NCBI GenBank assembly: GCA_040143965.1
Contig: JASJQH010000079.1
Span: forward strand, 1-32,901
From: Basidiobolus ranarum
Lineage: Eukaryota
Length of the DNA: 32,901 nucleotides
Direction: 5' to 3'
The first letter of the stretch is position 1. Every line of letters begins with the position of its first letter. Below, in pieces: positions 27,996-32,901 of the stretch. The translations under genes were made by a program, and so were the position numbers. The notes beneath the pieces were generated by a model. The model was given only the letters and a program-made list of their open reading frames with translations. It was not told where the DNA came from and did no database searches.

Positions 27996-28545
27996 TCCAC
28001 AACCGATAATAAAAGGCGAAGTCTATTGTGCATTCCACATTGTAGGAATCCATGATACTGCCGATATCATGTTATTTGTTTTTCCACAAGCTACGCAGTA
28101 GTAGCACTACTACATATACATATCCATAGAAATATGAACCTTGGCACAGGAATAGTACTATGAATACTATCTGTGAGATATACATACGTACAGAAATATG
28201 CTCCACAGCGATGAGTCCAAAGTGCTCTGGCCTCGAAAAAACTTTAAACTCTTTCAAAGTCGATACCCTTTACTATGTCAAGTTCTTGGACTGAGGGGAT
28301 TAAATTTGGTAATCACCAAGATATATACTTCATGGTCAGCTGTAAGATACATAATTTACGTTCAATTTGTCCAAATTAGTGTGATGGCCTTTCTCCACAT
28401 GACCGTTCTCATCTGAGTCAAATCAATTAATATTTCATCGATTAATCTTGGTGGGTCAGGAGAGATGGATGAAATTAATCATATGGATCAAGGATCAGCG
28501 AAATTCCAATCTATGTATTCTTAGAATCCAGTAAATGTGACTTTA

Positions 28546-29202
28546 ATGAGAAGACTTTCTGCTTTAAAACCGCTAACCTATCACTTCGGTTTAACAAGGA
28601 GACTCTCAAACAGTTTGGCTTATCCCCAACTTCGACCAATATTTCTATTGAACAGTTTCTCTGTGACTTACCAACATCCCAGTCAAAGCGAAAGTTCTTT
28701 ATTTTCTAGAAAGTATACCAACATGTCTAACAACGTGCCGGATATTCGTATGATATTTGTGACTTGTCCAGGAGAGGAAATAGCCAAGAGAATCTCACGT
28801 GGTCTATTAACCGAGAAGTTGGTGGCTTGTATCAATATGATTCCTAAAGTAACTTCCATGTATTGTTAGTATCGAGTTGTTCTCATTCCCTTCATCCTCA
28901 GTACACCGATTGTAAAGGAAGTAACCCATTTATCATTCTTATTTTAGGGTGGGATGAGGAGATTGAGGAGTCCACCGAGGTTTTATTAATGATCAAAACT
29001 GCCCAAGAAAAAATGAATCAAGTTATTCAGTATGTAAATGATAACCATCCATATGACGTACCCGAAGTCATATCAGTTAAGGTATTCCTTCAGAACACGC
29101 TTTGAACGGCATTGTAGAAAAGAAATACTAAAGTTCCTTACATAGATCGATGATGGTAGTAGAGAATATCTGAATTGGGTAGCAGATAGTGTGCAGAAGT
29201 AG
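28546..29202 (+). CDS. CUTA: CutA divalent-cation tolerance protein with putative mitochondrial presequence, 3 exons (28546-28864, 28948-29081, 29146-29202)
   Basis: MIFVTCPGEEIAKRISRGLLTEKLVACINMIPKVTSMYWWDEEIEESTEVLLMIKT..HPYDVPEVISVKIDDGSREYLNWV, the classic CutA motifs. A second in-frame ATG lies at 28723. Confidence 0.92.
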
Positions 29203-29362
29203 TGGCGATAAATGATATTGATCGAGATTTTAAAAAAGGATAAAAGCGAATAAAATAGGATATATATTGGAATATGGTTGTATACATCATCTTAGGTATG
29301 AGACGGCGGGGACAAGATAAAATACTTCATATATCAACTCTACATTCTAATTGAAGTTAGAA

Positions 29363-30244
29363 TCATTTATTTTCGGGTAATGCAGCAGGGTTTGGTCTAG
29401 CATTGAAGAAGGTGTAAGATAAAGTGATTGTATCCACATCATCCATCCATGGATCCTCGGCGAACTCCGGGTCAATAAAAAAGAATACTGGCATATCTAC
29501 TTCTTCTCCAGCTGCAAGTTTTTGTTCTTCAAAGCAAAAGCATTGAATCTTATTGAAGTACTGACCTACTTTTATAGGAGTAACATTATAGGTAGAGATA
29601 CCAATGATATCATGGTCAGCTTTATTCTGTGCCACATAGAAAGCCAGCGCAGTTTCACCTGGTAAAACGTTCACTTCTCTTTGTTGTGGCTTAAAAGTCC
29701 ATTCCAGCAAGTTTGATACGTTGCTAGAAAAAGTGATCTTTAGTCTACGCGAATTCGTGACTGGAACCAGATTCTCCGGTTCAAATGTATGATTTATGTT
29801 AGGTGTTCCACCAAACCCAGTTGTTGCACAGAACATACGATACAAAGGAACGGCTGCGTATGAAAGTCCTAATACCACTATCAGAAGAGAGGTACTATAC
29901 ATTAAGTGCTCCCAGTTTTTAGCCCTTTGGTATTTACGGTAATTTGCGTACATAGGATTGGCTTCATATTTACTTGCACTATTACTAAAGTTACGAAGGC
30001 TGTTTTGTTGAAGGAAACTCGGGCGTTGCCAGGCTTGCGGGGAGGCTTTTAAAAGTGGAGCACTAGTACTCTATCAATATACATATACCGTTACCAAAAG
30101 TAAGACTTTGAATATGACACGAATAGAACTTACGAGTTGTTTTTCAGAGAGTCTAAGATATTGGCTACCACTAGGTCTAACTCTAGACAAGAGTAGTTGT
30201 CTTAAAGAACCAGTAGACGCTCTTAAACCAGGAGTAAAAATCAT
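29363..30244 (-). CDS. COX11: Cytochrome c oxidase assembly copper chaperone Cox11, 2 exons (30244-30134, 30070-29363)
   Basis: Presequence MIFTPGLRASTGSLRQLLLSRVRPS, TM segment ending LSYAAVPLYRMFC, Cu-binding YFNKIQCFCFEEQ, VDMPVFFFIDPEF, ITLSYTFF. Confidence 0.96.
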
Positions 30245-31569
30245 AGTGTTTGAAAGTAAACAGAGCCACTAGCAGTATTTTCAACTATAACTAAAGGTTT
30301 AGAAATTCTTGAGAACAAGTAATGTCGAAAAATTTCAGTGCCTAGCTCGTGAGCGTCACACGTCTCACAACAAAGCATGAATTATACCATGGGGAGCATA
30401 ATTTGTAATCCGACTACAACAGACCTACTTTTGACTTGTTCCATCTTTAGAACGTCAAATCTAGATGCGGACGCTATTTTCTGTGGCTATTTCCCAAATA
30501 AGCACCTTCTCTACCATGAGCACTTATAAACTAGACAATTGTAAATCACAGCCATCATACCAAAATTGGCAACACTGTATTGATTGAAAATCAATATTTG
30601 GCTTATATGCTTAACTCCGTATTATAGAAATTCGGTTGCAGTAGATTTAACAGCTTTCACAGCTATATATACGTACACTTATAGCGAACAATCTTGGGCA
30701 TAAAGTGGAATACACTAGTGATGATTTGATGTGGTTGTGCTGTCTTAGCATATAACTTTGACAGGCATCCAGCTCAGTTCATTTTACCTGACTGAAACGT
30801 AAGGAATCTTGAGGTTGTTTGTATCTACTGAACTTGTCTGTTCAAAGAACGCTCATTTTCCATTTCAATATGCAGAGTGAATCGTCTTGGCAATGTCTGG
30901 TTTCAACTTCTCTTGTAAGAATTAATCCCATTTGAAATGTTTAATATAGTACTAGCCGAAGTTGTATCAATTAGTAGAGTTTCACCTTCGATTATGTTCT
31001 TTGAGCAATCAATATCAGTAATACTCTTCGTGTACTCTGCTAAAGACGAATTCCCTCGGTAGTGTAGAATGTCAATACTCTGGGAGGCATTTGGAGCGGT
31101 TTCTCAGAAGAAGTACTTAAGGGATAGTGAACACGGAAATGAATTTACGAAAGATATGTTCCTTGGCAGTTTGAAGATTTATAAACACAATATCGTGTAA
31201 GTAATTCTTCAGATGCGGTTGTCGGAAAATGGCATTAATGGCACTTGTTTGGTCTTTGTCATTTTTTTCAATTCTCATTCGACAAATCCGACATTTGGTG
31301 TAATAACCAAATGCCATTTGTGAAGCTTTGCTATCGAAATTCAACCATACTTGAAAAAACAGCAGATAAGCTCAACCTTTTAAAAGAAACCATGTCCAAG
31401 TCATAGTATAAGCTTACTTCACAGTTATGTGGCCATACAGTAACACTACGAACGGTCGCTATGGAACTGTCGTTGCGGAAAAGGGTGTAGTTGTCTTATA
31501 TCAATTACTAAAATATGAAAAATTGAAAGTTCCAAATACTGAGTTTCATTTACATTTTCCTTTACCTTA

Positions 31570-32247
31570 AGAACACCTTGTACTAATCAACCTTTACTCA
31601 GTCCCTATTCTGTGCTAAAGTTGAAACGTTTCTTCGTTTTACAAAAATTCCTTATGTCACCCACGGCATCCACAACACTAATTCTTCCCCAAGGGGCAAG
31701 CTTCCTTTCAACAGTCTCAACGAAAGGGAAATATCTGATAGCACGAGAATAATCGATCACCTCACTAAGCATTTCGGTATCGACCTAGACGAGAACCTCA
31801 CCTCAAGTGAACGTGCTCAAGCAAGCGCATTTCATGGTGGAGGATCATCTGTATCTATTCGTCTTGTGGTGTATGTGGCAGTATGAACCTGGGTGGGAGA
31901 AAATCAGAGCTGTCGCTTCTGAATCATTGTACCTCCCTTTGACATATATTGTCCCAAGGAACAAAATATTGTCAATTTTACAAACCAACGGTGTGGGGCG
32001 AAATGAAGAGAGTGAAAATTTGAGCTATGCAAAGAAAAACCTAGATGCTTTAGCATCATTCCTTGGGGATAAGTAATACTTTATGGGCGATAAAGTGAGT
32101 TCCATAGATGCGACGGTGTTTGTGATTTTAATGTTTATCCTCGAGTTCAATACATGGGATGATCTAGTGAGTATTGTGAAGAATCATAGTAATTTGACTG
32201 AATATGTGAGCAGAATGAAAGCAGAATGGTATCCAGAGTTGGCCTGA
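31570..32247 (+). pseudogene. FAX/metaxin-like glutathione S-transferase-fold pseudogene, intronless, with 2 frameshifts and 1 premature stop
   Basis: Reads LLSP/fs ~31606/FCAKVETFLRFTKIPY..SSPRGKLPF..ISDSTRIIDHLTKHFGIDLDENLTSSERAQASAF/fs ~31833/MVEDHLYLFV..NLDALASFLGDK*(32074-32076)YFMGDKVSSIDATVF..NLTEYVSRMKAEWYPELA*. These match GST_N/GST_C metaxin-like (FAX) motifs. The 5' start is uncertain. Confidence 0.85.
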
Positions 32248-32901
32248 CCGTCCTGACCAATACGGGGCATTCTAATCAGCACTAGTCTAAATTATTCTAT
32301 CGTATTTGTTACAGTATTACCATTAAGGATAGAAATATCCGTTTAGGCTCTTTTATGACTCCACAAAGCCAAGGCATCAATCTAAAATCCTACTTGAGAT
32401 TAAAGAAAGAATTTCACTTAAATATAACGTCTTCGATGGTCATGACTAATGTGAAACATTCCAGTGGTTTAATATATACTACATCATTTATTTACTTTTC
32501 ATTGAGGATATATATGGCTGTACATTAACAATCCGTTGGAATGACACAAAGTCGTGGCTTAAAAGGTGCTTACCAAGAAAGATTAAAACCTATTGTAATT
32601 CAAGCGATTCGAAAGATGGATTACAGTATAATGCTACAGATAAGTGGTACACAGACCTGATTTCAGGCGTACTAGAAATAATACTTGTATTTGACGCTGC
32701 GGACTTTCCGAGGATGCCATCAATGGTTTTTTATGCATAAATCATTTCTCTGAATGCTGCTCGACAAATCCGATATTTCTTAGAATAATCCTATATTTTT
32801 TATGAATTTTACCATAAATTTTATCTTTATTCGAAGATACAACCAGTATGACAAGATCAACTCTCAAATCTTTAAAAGGCGCACAAGTCACAACCTAAAA
32901 A

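Noticed and set aside
32074-32076. In-frame TAA as evidence of an alternative genetic code
   Set aside because: TAA terminates several intact genes here (FAM72, NIPA, CDC20, LAT1), and the same locus has two frameshifts.
32450-32740. ~96-codon open frame without an early ATG near the window end
   Set aside because: No recognisable domain or convincing splice context; cannot be supported.

Overview
Gene-dense eukaryotic DNA, AT-rich, with many short (~50-140 nt) spliceosomal introns. It is most consistent with an early-diverging (non-Dikarya) fungus such as Mucoromycota or Zoopagomycota; this is an inference from intron style and gene content. By manual splicing I reconstruct 12 protein-coding genes and one pseudogene: the 3' part of a WDR81/LvsG-like BEACH-WD40 gene, FAM72, a NIPA-family Mg2+ transporter with an unusual signal peptide plus Cys-rich ectodomain, an intronless bacterial-type ArsC, CDC20, PDH E2 (LAT1), TMEM94 (degenerate P-type ATPase), a GLTSCR1/BICRA-domain protein, EMC10, an intronless HAL/NPR-type kinase, CutA, COX11, and a frameshifted FAX/metaxin-like GST pseudogene. 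I recognise no tRNA, rRNA, CRISPR array or intact transposon. The best leads are the ectodomain-NIPA fusion (possible transceptor), the bacterial-type ArsC (HGT candidate), the near-canonical phosphorylation motif in TMEM94, a CTCGGA motif cluster beside an unexplained 1.7 kb gap, and a possible spliced antisense transcript between FAM72 and NIPA. All family assignments come from recalled motifs, not from database searches.
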